Virus record (IMG/VR): IMGVR_UViG_3300005546_000011
Span: 6,988-70,987 of that record
DNA: 64,000 bases
Strand: one strand, 5' to 3'
Source of the DNA: a virus
Taxonomy: Duplodnaviria > Caudoviricetes
Shown in pieces: positions 47,001 to 53,237 of this stretch (position 1 is its first letter; each line of letters begins with the position of its first letter). Below the pieces are notes generated by a model. It was not told where the DNA came from. It saw only the letters and a list, made by a program, of their open reading frames with translations, and ran no database searches. Position numbers and translations under genes: made by a program.

Positions 47001-49831
47001 GCGGGCTGAGTCCGGATCGAATGCGCGAGGCGGCAGTCGAAGCGGGTTCCTTCATGGAGGATGCGCCCGAAGCGCAGAACGCGGGCAACTTCCTGTTTGC
47101 GGTCGAAGCCGACGCAACCGGCGGGCGCAAGATTTACAGCATGCAGGATGACGCCCCGGACCTAGAAGGGCCGATGTTTCTGACGGTCGGCGAGCAAATG
47201 AAACAGTTCAAGTCGAAGATCGGGCGCGGATTTGCCGAGCTGCGCGGCCTGGCAGCGGAAGGGGAACTGTGGACTGGCGATAACAACGAGTGGGAAAGCG
47301 CCGCGCGTCGGCTGACTGGGCATCGAAACTTCGATGAGGATCTGAGCGAACGCAACTCGCTGTTCAAGTACATTGCGGCGCTTGCTGCAAACGAAGAGGC
47401 GGTCGGAAACCTTCAAGCGCGAATCATCCTGAAGGCGATCAGCAATCGACGCGCGTTTATTAAGCAGACGCTCGGCAAGGATTTCAAGGAATGGCACGCG
47501 CTCGTTCCTGACAACGTCACCCTTTGGCAGCCGCGCGAGGGAAACATCTTCTTCCGCAGCTACACGCTTCCCGAAAAGCTGATCGACGCGGCGCTCGATC
47601 AGCGCTACGAGCAGATGGGATTTGAGGCCGACGATCTCAGGCGCGCGATGGTGATGGGCGGGCGGCGCCGGGAGTTTGCGATACCCGACGAAGTGGCGCT
47701 GACGCTCGATGACTTCATGAAGCCGCGAGACAGCAATCCGCTCGACCGAGGCGTCCGGGCGCTTGTGCGCGGGTGGAAGGTCTGGCAGTTGATCTCCCCG
47801 CATCGGCTGTTCAAGTACAACGCGCGCAACCTGTCGGGTGACGGTGAGGCCGCAGCCGTGGGCAATCCTCGCACGTTCCTGAAGGTAGGCAAATCGACGC
47901 ATGACCTGTATGAGTACCTGGGCCGCAAGAGCGCGCCGTCGGCGGAGCTTCAGGAATGGCTCGGGCGCGGCGGTCTCTACAATCTCTTCCAGGTCGCCGA
48001 AGATGTAGGGAGCGTGAACGGGCTCAAGGTGTTTCGCGGGCTCGAGGTGGACAAAGAAGGAAACCTTCAGAACCTGAATCTGTGGAAACGCTACTGGCAG
48101 GCTGCTCGCATCGCGACCGACTTTCGCGAGGCGATCCTGCGCTACGCCGCGTTCCTGGACTATCGCGAGCAGACCACGTCGAACCGAGCTGGTAAGCCAG
48201 GAAACTACGGCGCGTCGATTCCGGAGGAGGTGGACGCGATGCGCGACCCGTCCGACAAGGCTTACAAGCTGTCGAACGATCTGCTCGGCGCGTACGACGA
48301 GGTGACGGTGATGGGACAGTGGCTTCGCGAGCATTTGTTTCCGTTCTGGTCGTGGCAGGAGGTCAACGCCAAGCGCTACTATCGCCTGTTCAAAAACTCG
48401 ATCTATGAGGGAAGGAATGCAAGCGATGCGGGGCGCAGGTTCGCAGGCAAAGCGGCGCGACTGTCGCCACTGATAGCATTCCGCATCGGCAAGTTTCTTC
48501 TCAAGGCGACAGCGATGTGGGCAATGCTTTCCGCTTACAACAATCTCGTGTGGCCTGATGAAGAGAAGGACCTGGACGAAAAGACGCGCTCGCGGCTGCA
48601 CATCATTCTTGGCCGGCGCGCTGACGGGTCGGTGATCTACTTCGACCGGCTGGGCATGCTCGGCGATTTTCTATCGTGGTTTGGTCTTGATGAAGCGCCG
48701 CACTACGTTGGGGACTTTCTGAACAACAAGCGGACCGCCAAAGAGATCGCAGTCGAGATGGCGAAGGCACCGGCGAATAAGTTCTGGCAAGGTACGGGCC
48801 TGCCGAAGACCGCAGCCGAATTTGCGATGGGGCGCAACACCTATCCGGACGTCTTCCGCTCGCGCAATATTCGCGACCGTTGGCAATACTTGTTTCAGTC
48901 GTTCGCGCTGGGCGATGAGTACGCCGCGCTGACGAGCAAGCCGAGCCGTGGCGCAGGGCGCGCGTTCCGGGGACTGTTTGTGTATGAAGTAGATCCGGCC
49001 GAGTCGGCCTACAACCAGGTGATGAGCCTGAAGTCGGACTTCAATCGCAAACGCGGGAAGGCCGCCGACGTGTCGGTCGGGAACGATAAGTCGAACGCGG
49101 CCTACTATCTGAAGCTGGCGCTGCGCTACGGGGATGTCGAGGCGGCCAAGCAGCAGCTCGCCGAATACAAGGCGCTGGGGGGCACAGCCCAAGGATTGCA
49201 GGCATCGATCAAGAGTCTGGCGCCGCTTTCGGGTTTGAACGAAACGGACAAGGCGGAGTTTCTAAAGTCGCTGACGCCGGACGAGCGCGAGAAGCTGGCC
49301 AAGGCACAAGTCTTCTTCGAGACGGCGCTTGATCGGTCGGAAGAGGTGGGGCCGGCTGATTTGCTTGAGCGTCCTATCGCCAAAGAGATTCGCGAGCCCG
49401 TCGACAAGGAACTGCACAGGCTCGGGGTGGGTTTTCCGTTCCCGCAAAACGAGGTAACGATCGGCGGCGCCGCGCAGCAAATGCCAAAGGCGAAGTTCGA
49501 TGAGTTTCAGCAGCGCGTAGCGGAAACGTTCTACGCGCAGCTCGGCGACATGATCTCGAAGCCAATCTATCAGCGGATGAACGACGAGGATCGAAGGGTT
49601 GCGATCGAAGACTTCAAGCAGGCGTGGGTTGGCAACGAACGGCGCAGGCTGCACGGGCAACTGGTCACCGAGGGCACGGGCGCAAGTCCGCGTGAGCGGA
49701 TCGAGGCGCAGCGCGAGGGCATCGAGACACGCATGAAAGAGCGCGAGCTTGGGAACAAGGAAATGTTTCTTCAGCGGCGACAGATCGAGCGGCGGTTGAA
49801 GCCGCGATCGGAGATTCAAATCCCGCAATGA
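38060..49831 (+). CDS. Giant polyvalent virion protein: SLT transglycosylase, 2H phosphoesterase (Acb1-like), N6-adenine methyltransferase, strawberry-notch AAA/helicase, helical C-terminal region
   Basis: HES...GAAGIAQFMPDTA...AALAGYNAG (SLT); PHITV and PHVTL (2H); VVEPSAGTG and NPPF (MTase); GDGTGVGKGR, FDEAH, SATGA, STGISLHA and QTFGRTHRTNQ (SBNO-type SF2 helicase). Confidence 0.9.
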   Translation: MGTPQEQLRPRVAPEDFFKSTSPDYPSMAREAATRYGVDPNIFERQMAHESINYDPDVVSGRRKSPKGAAGIAQFMPDTAARYGLRGEDLADPPRALDAAARHMRDLLDETGNDYEAALAGYNAGLGRVRDGSWSRIPETRNYTSKILGAARQGLKPKIDPDSFFANAGTPAQVTAPPASAPAQPSRRSRYSTWAPPAQAPVAATAAPTPTAQPSARSKYSTWAPPPPQFSELLAPKDRTSLPPVTLTPQSETNRAYANEQARRSKMLLPRRLYEQAADVVMGTRDDGSRMGVVEGLKRGVEPIAGAVSGVIGDIGALGAIPIEGFGKFIAEQRAKRGLPPDSSEDLAHAGDLSREMQHASDVERERNPGIVPGLVRGATDIALTVPAITAAKVPALAMGALSSGRALARGASPTEALGEGLIAAGPLFVLQGSPLGGFARQAVTRALAPDAAEGLASEASVATRLTRLQKLQALASDASTTDGERAVASARARVVADSLKESSQVEIDRAVEALGQHLRANVAGLTAQGAVNAAQFIGTSAALELGIKGRKMTAPEIFQQGLLLLALEGAPAIGAAGEVKGKLSEFRQAEAGRRALEYDRAGESTAPPVGPARQLTEAGAGGPISAPETPVGPLAPQPVESASARGGPDLASESRIGPSSIVHTPLMESVDPNLVRAEVQNELAGRSRVVPGAVEPPARPADAVAPPSAERPVAGTPQIAGRAAPLGSPEPLPAQLEALRAGDRRAVVVPAGEELPETQGSLTAPGSGLAVTKLPDGSRVIHYSGSTTANDPRVVSKREVKALAAAGRLHELEGPAATVSQQQAEQPAQPVAEAAEKGKGALPRAALDDLESVGFYRNQGYTEIADDTLARLRAQYGNRPEFDRAFPAKPPESPKVEAAKPTAAEPERKFSSTQVNLPAPVAKRVTGLAAKIPDSALAADGRETEPHITVNYGLHTGDAEKVRKVLAGEGPITVTLGRTSIFPAKEAAAQRGGDQYDVVKIDVDSPDLHRLNKKIADALPHTDTHPEYKPHVTLAYVKPGEGEKYAGDASLEGQTVSLNSVAFSGKDGSVVEIPLGGKANASTEQIHPETGPGGVAYSGGLRGEGDAEGRGRADRLRHDAETKAAVEPASAGQNAAAKAAPANVGSRDLARGTRTLIDSIKARLASGEGVKDNPTLTKLADEAFGGTRAKGTYGPKDSADALEVAVNQHLAGSADRLMAGKPKQSLHEIRKVMKLLPRQVDRTTEQIELQQFSTPPTEAFVAAKALAPTSDDLVVEPSAGTGSLAMWPRAVGAQVRTNEIDPRRRALLEAQGYSTTHVDAQFLDDLLPAEIQPTAILMNPPFSSTGGRVTKHDSKYGAEHVEDALKRLAPNGRLVAIVSEGMAMDREKMGGWWRRILADYNVRANISVPGEEYGKYGTTYGNQIIVIDKTGPTPGENLSARLSNVIQSAPKDLEGVLDALKPVIADRPAIKPVAARPATVERDSRHGDRRPGQPKASTKTDRGDVVRGTGERPGPTPDEARPTGPAEGAPPVPRGESGPGPVEAAQSEAERAIRPGNADVRAVAPPREEGETFVAYRPAKFKGGLPHPGNIVESASMAAVDPPEITYKPKLDPDVLTEGRLSDLQYEAVAYAGQRHEQRLPNGNRAGFFVGDGTGVGKGRILAGVALDNWNQGRRRILWLSVNNDLVPSTDRDLKALGGAVPLAEISAFSASGDIEFKDGLLFSSYSTLISRSKGGRERLDQIRDWLGTDGVIMFDEAHLAKNATASGQKESSQRGQKVVALQEGDKTNADYRIVYASATGATDPENMGYMVRLGLWGPGTSFPGGFQEFQNAIDTGGVGAMEMVSRDLKAMGMYTARTLSYKGVDYREVEHKLTPSQRELYDTAARGWQVVLQNFDKAIQVTNADSRARTQAMKRFWNDEQRFFRQFLTALKVPAAIEQIEAALKDGQSVVLGLYGTGEARTKDQVTNAMAAGRDLDDLDFSPKQILTHLVDNALPTARYTEATDPQTKKIIKVPVLDADGNPVESAQAKRMKAELLDQLESLSLPDNPLDQIVNYFGVDKVAEITGRKKRLVRGADGKTRYVKRVEGVSMEKASQHEMQAFQDGRKRIAIISASASTGISLHADNTGKNTQRRAHITLETGWSADVQMQTFGRTHRTNQASAPEYVLLSTDVGGERRFLSTIAKRLASLGALTKGERKATGVGGSEKEGLEKYDFLNQYGTAAVRRMIQQPRKTVGDETAMKLFEKIGLVKEDRSGTKQIVEPTVERLLNRVLALELDQQNAMFAWFGDEFARAVQNAKDSGTFDEGVSDVKGESIRLMSDPAVVGTDKTTGAETLHYQLEVDEKTHPVTFADAQRIAKEHEGGAFYRQVRSGNLIVASKAGTRTDEASGRVTQRWHVTRPSGAMQSIIDQDELISKYQPVHANDAKVEWAEAYKTDPGIRTRSVHIVGGAILPVWERLQSRDSHGLKVVRLITDEGQRIVGVQIPSKAVGAVLKAIGVERSFKGPDAIFAGVLEDNETVELVGGMRLEQTYFRGDTAIELKGADAYKEAELKQMGLIHEIVSYRDRFFVPTDETKGVEVLRKLFDRYPAMSATGDDEAATGSARGSAREKLRGTKAEERKAGEAGFVTITEGRGGQPPARAGYGGFEDPEMEARWKAAKGIRPEYAWQKAKEAMAHLKRLATRDLEHLPRTSQHAELNFALHRLAQGKGIASDESVRILQGLTAGLNKEKYDLFTRRIILYDLMEEVERQAAGRGEEADIRLPFGFTPETVMSEFRRLSAALKDHPDVERAVEQRRAVTKEVTSEYLKAAKQAIGFEPKLTRDYYYRHQVLAHAEAARVKGTGPKIKAPTGRGFLKQRHGSELDINTDYLQAEHSVLAQMLFDTQVFKLIHLVDENYNTSEALKREAKRANDEAIQTIIDAEGSLNKPVRKVKRQSLSQFVRERGGIREDSDLAGERRRLSRKETGTTGLTSAGRDRGLSPDRMREAAVEAGSFMEDAPEAQNAGNFLFAVEADATGGRKIYSMQDDAPDLEGPMFLTVGEQMKQFKSKIGRGFAELRGLAAEGELWTGDNNEWESAARRLTGHRNFDEDLSERNSLFKYIAALAANEEAVGNLQARIILKAISNRRAFIKQTLGKDFKEWHALVPDNVTLWQPREGNIFFRSYTLPEKLIDAALDQRYEQMGFEADDLRRAMVMGGRRREFAIPDEVALTLDDFMKPRDSNPLDRGVRALVRGWKVWQLISPHRLFKYNARNLSGDGEAAAVGNPRTFLKVGKSTHDLYEYLGRKSAPSAELQEWLGRGGLYNLFQVAEDVGSVNGLKVFRGLEVDKEGNLQNLNLWKRYWQAARIATDFREAILRYAAFLDYREQTTSNRAGKPGNYGASIPEEVDAMRDPSDKAYKLSNDLLGAYDEVTVMGQWLREHLFPFWSWQEVNAKRYYRLFKNSIYEGRNASDAGRRFAGKAARLSPLIAFRIGKFLLKATAMWAMLSAYNNLVWPDEEKDLDEKTRSRLHIILGRRADGSVIYFDRLGMLGDFLSWFGLDEAPHYVGDFLNNKRTAKEIAVEMAKAPANKFWQGTGLPKTAAEFAMGRNTYPDVFRSRNIRDRWQYLFQSFALGDEYAALTSKPSRGAGRAFRGLFVYEVDPAESAYNQVMSLKSDFNRKRGKAADVSVGNDKSNAAYYLKLALRYGDVEAAKQQLAEYKALGGTAQGLQASIKSLAPLSGLNETDKAEFLKSLTPDEREKLAKAQVFFETALDRSEEVGPADLLERPIAKEIREPVDKELHRLGVGFPFPQNEVTIGGAAQQMPKAKFDEFQQRVAETFYAQLGDMISKPIYQRMNDEDRRVAIEDFKQAWVGNERRRLHGQLVTEGTGASPRERIEAQREGIETRMKERELGNKEMFLQRRQIERRLKPRSEIQIPQ
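40104..40349 (+). CDS. Candidate nested (+1 frame) membrane protein inside the giant gene
   Basis: GGAGGT SD 5 nt before ATG; MNLLVGAVLFLALWSLPLVPLMLW TM helix. Confidence 0.4.
   Translation: MNLLVGAVLFLALWSLPLVPLMLWHRQARSGQWPAPRKLRGGLRLWGHLSHFLRSLRRCARVTDARLWCLRARSCRKLRAR
40209..40225. promoter_or_regulatory. Dispersed palindrome copy 6 (CCCCGCAAATTGCGGGG)
   Basis: Inside the giant gene (encodes PQIAG). Confidence 0.55.
41301..41495 (+). CDS. Nested (+1 frame) small protein resembling the KQKRQAEHIEEGYEKRG..EAERRAWAT family
   Basis: AGGAGG SD at 41287-41292; RKQDRAASHIAEGYEAKGMPKDEAERIGYATMQK. Confidence 0.65.
   Translation: MPARSRFTRKQDRAASHIAEGYEAKGMPKDEAERIGYATMQKQKQRLSPRPPGRMPPRKPRPRM
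42435..42752 (+). CDS. Nested (+1 frame) helical hypothetical protein
   Basis: GGAAGG SD 8 nt before ATG; amphipathic L/D/K-rich translation where the giant frame is G/P/R-rich linker. Confidence 0.55.
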   Translation: MHSNPSSPTAPQSSPSPHVPPRWKEIRDMVTDALDNQKLRPKLTEEMSYAALGNDPDQLLTKLDQLDPQKGLRLFREANPDLDLSKLRNLKPSELFARVTLMFAP

Positions 49832-49834
49832 GTC

Positions 49835-50974
49835 TTAGTTTGGCTTCGCGTCACTCTGTTCCTGCCTCTGCCGGTGCATCTCGTTAAGGATCTCCGCCGC
49901 CCTTCTCACCGCCGAGTCGTCGATGTTTACATACCGGTAGGTCGTCTGTGCCTGAGAGTGACCAAGCACGCGGCCAACCTCCTGCAAGCTCATTCCTCCC
50001 TGTATCAGCCGAGTCGCGGCGGTGTGACGGCAATCGTGGAAATGAAAGCCTTGGACTTTAGCGTCCGCGCACGCGCCGGCGAATGCTCGCTTGAAGTTGT
50101 TTTCAATGCCAAACACTCGCCAGTTGTCTGTCTTCACGGAGAGATCCCACAGCGCGGCCAGCTCCGAGTGCAGGCGGTCGCTCATCGGCACGACTCGCCT
50201 GCGAATGGTTTTTGTGTGAAGCGCTTGAATCGAGATCGTTCGATCGTCGAGGTTCACGTCACCCCAAGTCAGGGTGATGATTTCCCCGCGGCGCATTCCC
50301 GTGTCGAGCGCGCAGATCAGAATCCCGCGCAAGTGCGAGCGCCGCTCGGTGCAGACCGCGAGCAGGCGGTCCTCTTCGTCGTAGCTCAAGATTCGATCGC
50401 GGTGATTTTCGTGAGCAGAGTTGATCAACGTTTCGCCCGCGCCGAACGGATTGCGCGCGATCCAGCCATCGCGAAACGCGACGTTCAAGATGCGCCGAAG
50501 CAGCGCGAGTTCCCGGTTGACGCTCGCCACGGCGCGCGGGCGTTTCGTCTTGCCGTCCTTCGAAGTGATCGGCTCGCGCAGGCGGCTGTTTCGATACGCC
50601 TCAATCCTCGAGTAGCTGATGTCCTGAAGCCGCGTCCTGCCGAAGTGTTCGAGCAGCGGATGCGCGAGCGACTTCACTTTCTTCCAGGAGCGCAAGCCTG
50701 TGACCTTGCTGTCACCGCGATACTCGGGCTCGACCAGATAGGTCTTTTCGAAATGGCTGGCCCACTTCGCAAAGGTCATGGAAGCGTCGAGCGCGCGGCT
50801 TCCGCGATCGTCGAGTTCGCGGAGCATCAGTTTGATTTTCTTTGCGGCGTCGGTCCGGTTGCGGGCGAGTTTTCTCCGTTCCTTGCGGCGGCCGTTTTCG
50901 TCGTGGTAGCGCACGCGCGCCCACATCGAGCCGTCTTTGAGTTCTAGGATTGAGCCTGTGCGTGATCGTGGCAT
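49835..50974 (-). CDS. int: Tyrosine integrase
   Basis: DTGMRRGEI (R), HDCRH (HxxR), LGHS...TTYRY (H, Y); N-terminal arm-binding region. Confidence 0.95.
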   Translation of the reverse strand: MPRSRTGSILELKDGSMWARVRYHDENGRRKERRKLARNRTDAAKKIKLMLRELDDRGSRALDASMTFAKWASHFEKTYLVEPEYRGDSKVTGLRSWKKVKSLAHPLLEHFGRTRLQDISYSRIEAYRNSRLREPITSKDGKTKRPRAVASVNRELALLRRILNVAFRDGWIARNPFGAGETLINSAHENHRDRILSYDEEDRLLAVCTERRSHLRGILICALDTGMRRGEIITLTWGDVNLDDRTISIQALHTKTIRRRVVPMSDRLHSELAALWDLSVKTDNWRVFGIENNFKRAFAGACADAKVQGFHFHDCRHTAATRLIQGGMSLQEVGRVLGHSQAQTTYRYVNIDDSAVRRAAEILNEMHRQRQEQSDAKPN

Positions 50975-50989
50975 TTGGTTATCCGTCCG

Positions 50990-51008
50990 ATTGTACGCCC
51001 GCTGTCAA
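50990..51008 (-). promoter_or_regulatory. N7-spaced promoter-like motif TTGACA-N7-TACAAT upstream of int
   Basis: Minus strand; ends 15 nt before the int ATG. Confidence 0.6.
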
Positions 51009-51020
51009 CGGGCCGGTTTT

Positions 51021-51230
51021 ACTCACCCAGTTTCGTCACCCTTTACTCTGAAGACCCCTGCAATCGGCTGCGAGCACGTGACAGTGCCAGTCGTTTTGAT
51101 GCATACGTTTGATGGCGGGTGCGAGCGGGTGAAAGATGGCCTGTTCCGATTTGTAATCAGAGGGTCGGGGGTTCGAATCCCTTCGCCGGCTCCACTTTTT
51201 CCCGGTCACTCACCCACTTGGTCACCCTTT
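51021..51230. mobile_element. attP: attP region with arm-type repeats
   Basis: ACTCACCCA...GTCACCCTTT at 51021-51044 and 51208-51230 flanking a tRNA 3'-half core. Confidence 0.75.
51148..51194 (+). pseudogene. 3' half of tRNA-Thr(UGU), the att core
   Basis: Anticodon loop TTTGTAA, TCAGA, T-arm GGGGGTTCGAATCCCTT, CGCCGGC-T-CCA; 5' acceptor and D-arm absent. Confidence 0.85.
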
Positions 51231-51306
51231 CGGGAACGAGAATCTTGCCCAAGGCTCCAGGTTCGGACGATTGTATCATAACCAAGGCTCAACCCTTTTC
51301 CACCCG

Positions 51307-51323
51307 CCCCGCAAATTGCGGGG
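51307..51323. promoter_or_regulatory. Dispersed palindrome copy 7 (CCCCGCAAATTGCGGGG)
   Basis: About 110 nt from the att core. Confidence 0.6.
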
Positions 51324-51329
51324 TCGGAT

Positions 51330-51599
51330 TCACCCGAACAGCCATCGCTTAAACCATTCCCACAAGACCACGCCCAAGGTGCATGACCAAGCAAAGACCA
51401 GCATCAGGGGCACTAGAAGCCGCGGTTCGGACTTGGCCTTCTCGTCTTCGGACCCGTAGGCAAGGTGCCAGCAGAAGCCGCTCAAGACTAAGAGCCAGAG
51501 CAATGCCGAGCCGGCGACCCACTTCAGCACGTGACAAGGCGACAGGCCCATAGGCGAGCCGCCGAACTCGTCGCCGCCTTGAATTAAGAGAAGACTCAC
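51330..51599 (-). CDS. Two-TM membrane protein (superinfection-exclusion-like position)
   Basis: Two hydrophobic helices; AAGGGG SD. Confidence 0.55.
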   Translation of the reverse strand: MSLLLIQGGDEFGGSPMGLSPCHVLKWVAGSALLWLLVLSGFCWHLAYGSEDEKAKSEPRLLVPLMLVFAWSCTLGVVLWEWFKRWLFG

Positions 51600-51613
51600 G
51601 CTCGGTTGGCCCC

Positions 51614-52033
51614 TTAGTTTTTCGATTTATCGTCCTTTTCGATCGCCTTCAGTAGTTCCTTGGCTACCTTCTCGTATGCGTCATCGGACCATCTCCAGGC
51701 CCCGGAACGGGTCTCTAAGGTCCAGAGCACGCGGTGGTCGCGGGAGACTGCCTTGATAGCCATGCGGGTGACTCTGCGGCTTGTACCTTGAACGAAACGA
51801 TCGCGCGTCGCGCTGGCGCCGGTCAGGATGATATCGGCCGCCTCCGCCGAATCGACCACCACCAGCCGTTTTGACTTCACAAGTTTGTTGATTAGTTTTT
51901 CCCGTTGCAGATTCGCATCGTCTGACAGGCCGAGAGAGTCAACGTAGATCGTATGCGCGTCCCTAAGCCTGTGTGTCTGCCCGGGCGTTAGGGCCGGAGA
52001 AATCAGCAGAAGGACCATCAGCGCTCTAGTCAT
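51614..52033 (-). CDS. Secreted alpha/beta protein
   Basis: MTRALMVLLLISPA signal-like N-terminus; GAGG SD. Confidence 0.65.
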   Translation of the reverse strand: MTRALMVLLLISPALTPGQTHRLRDAHTIYVDSLGLSDDANLQREKLINKLVKSKRLVVVDSAEAADIILTGASATRDRFVQGTSRRVTRMAIKAVSRDHRVLWTLETRSGAWRWSDDAYEKVAKELLKAIEKDDKSKN

Positions 52034-52048
52034 AGGAATCCGCCTCCT

Positions 52049-52936
52049 CTATGCGGTTGTGGGCTTGGGCGTCCTACTAAGCAAACGCCGGCAAGCCTCG
52101 ACGTGTTGGGAGTCCGCGTTACCGAGCGCCAGAATGGTATCGAGCGTCGGAATGTCTGCCCGCCTGACTACCGCCATCGCGTGAAACTGACGCTCTAGCC
52201 TGCGCTCCTCGGCAGGCTGCCAGCGCTGCGGAAACTGGATTATAGAGGCCGTCTCTTCAGTCACTTCCGGCAAAAGCACTCGGACAGCTCCCGACTCGCG
52301 GCAGAGTCTTTCGTCGCTGGCCGTTTCCCGCCACTCCGGGTAGACTTTCGCGAACGGGGATGCGATCGCCGGAGCCAAGACGCGTCGGGCCTGGTCTGGA
52401 CAGCCGAGCTCGGTCAGCTCAACGGCGATCGAGTTGAAGAAGTCGAGTCTTAACGGATGGGATGGGTGTAGAATGCGGGTCAGCAGGAACCCGCGTTCGA
52501 GATCCGCCAGGGCGCGCCGGTGATCGCCGCGCAGTCCGATGATGATTCCGTGCATCCTGATGGACTGGGCGGCCGTCACGGGATCGAGGGCAATGCGCGC
52601 CGCCTGTTCGTAAGCGATAGAGGCGGCGCCGAGATGTCCCCGCTTGAGGTGGACGCCGCCAAGAGTCAATAGCGCCCTCGCTCCCAATCCGGGACGTGAA
52701 GTTAGCGGCTGTAGCAGGTGCTCGGCCCGGTCGATCTCACCAACGCGATTCAGATACACAGCCCCGTAAAGTTGCGCCGCCGGCGTTGCGCTGGTCTCGC
52801 CGATTTGTTTCAACGCCGCGTCGTTTCGAAAAGCGATCGCCATCTCGCCGGCGAGGAGCTGGCGGCATTCCACTTCGGAAAGGAGTCTGGCTATGAGACG
52901 AAGACTGATCCCGTTGATTGTGGCGGTGATGTTCAT
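52049..52936 (-). CDS. TPR-like helical repeat protein
   Basis: Repeated ALLTLGGVH...AASIAYEQA, MHGIIIGLRGDHRRALADLE and NSIAVELTELG helix pairs. Confidence 0.65.
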   Translation of the reverse strand: MNITATINGISLRLIARLLSEVECRQLLAGEMAIAFRNDAALKQIGETSATPAAQLYGAVYLNRVGEIDRAEHLLQPLTSRPGLGARALLTLGGVHLKRGHLGAASIAYEQAARIALDPVTAAQSIRMHGIIIGLRGDHRRALADLERGFLLTRILHPSHPLRLDFFNSIAVELTELGCPDQARRVLAPAIASPFAKVYPEWRETASDERLCRESGAVRVLLPEVTEETASIIQFPQRWQPAEERRLERQFHAMAVVRRADIPTLDTILALGNADSQHVEACRRLLSRTPKPTTA

Positions 52937-53204
52937 CGTAAGCGCCCCGGCGATCTTAACGCCGGAGCATTCCAGTTCACCCTTTGTGGCTCAAGCGGGC
53001 CACACTATTGCAAACGGGTGGTGTGAGTGCGGATGCAGTGCCTGTATCTGCGACCCGGGCGAACACCCGCAAATATGCTCGAACAGCGTGGCGGCCATAC
53101 CGGACAGTGAGCGTAAACACAAAACGCCGGTTGGCAGTCCTGAGCTATTCGGGCTGGTCGGCATGCTCATCGTTGGTCTGCGACTGTGGCTGCTATCCAG
53201 GTAG
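52893..53204 (+). CDS. Exported Cys-rich small protein with C-terminal TM anchor
   Basis: AAGGAG SD; signal peptide; WCECGCSACICDPGEHPQIC; PELFGLVGMLIVGLRLWLLSR. Confidence 0.7.
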   Translation: MRRRLIPLIVAVMFIVSAPAILTPEHSSSPFVAQAGHTIANGWCECGCSACICDPGEHPQICSNSVAAIPDSERKHKTPVGSPELFGLVGMLIVGLRLWLLSR

Positions 53205-53237
53205 CTCCTGGGGTGTGAGCACCGGGACCGAAATAAA

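Noticed and set aside
49874-50947. 357-aa plus-strand ORF
   Set aside because: Antisense shadow of the integrase; not protein-like
51148-51194. Complete phage tRNA-Thr gene
   Set aside because: 5' acceptor strand, D-arm and most of the 5' anticodon stem are absent; it is better explained as the att core
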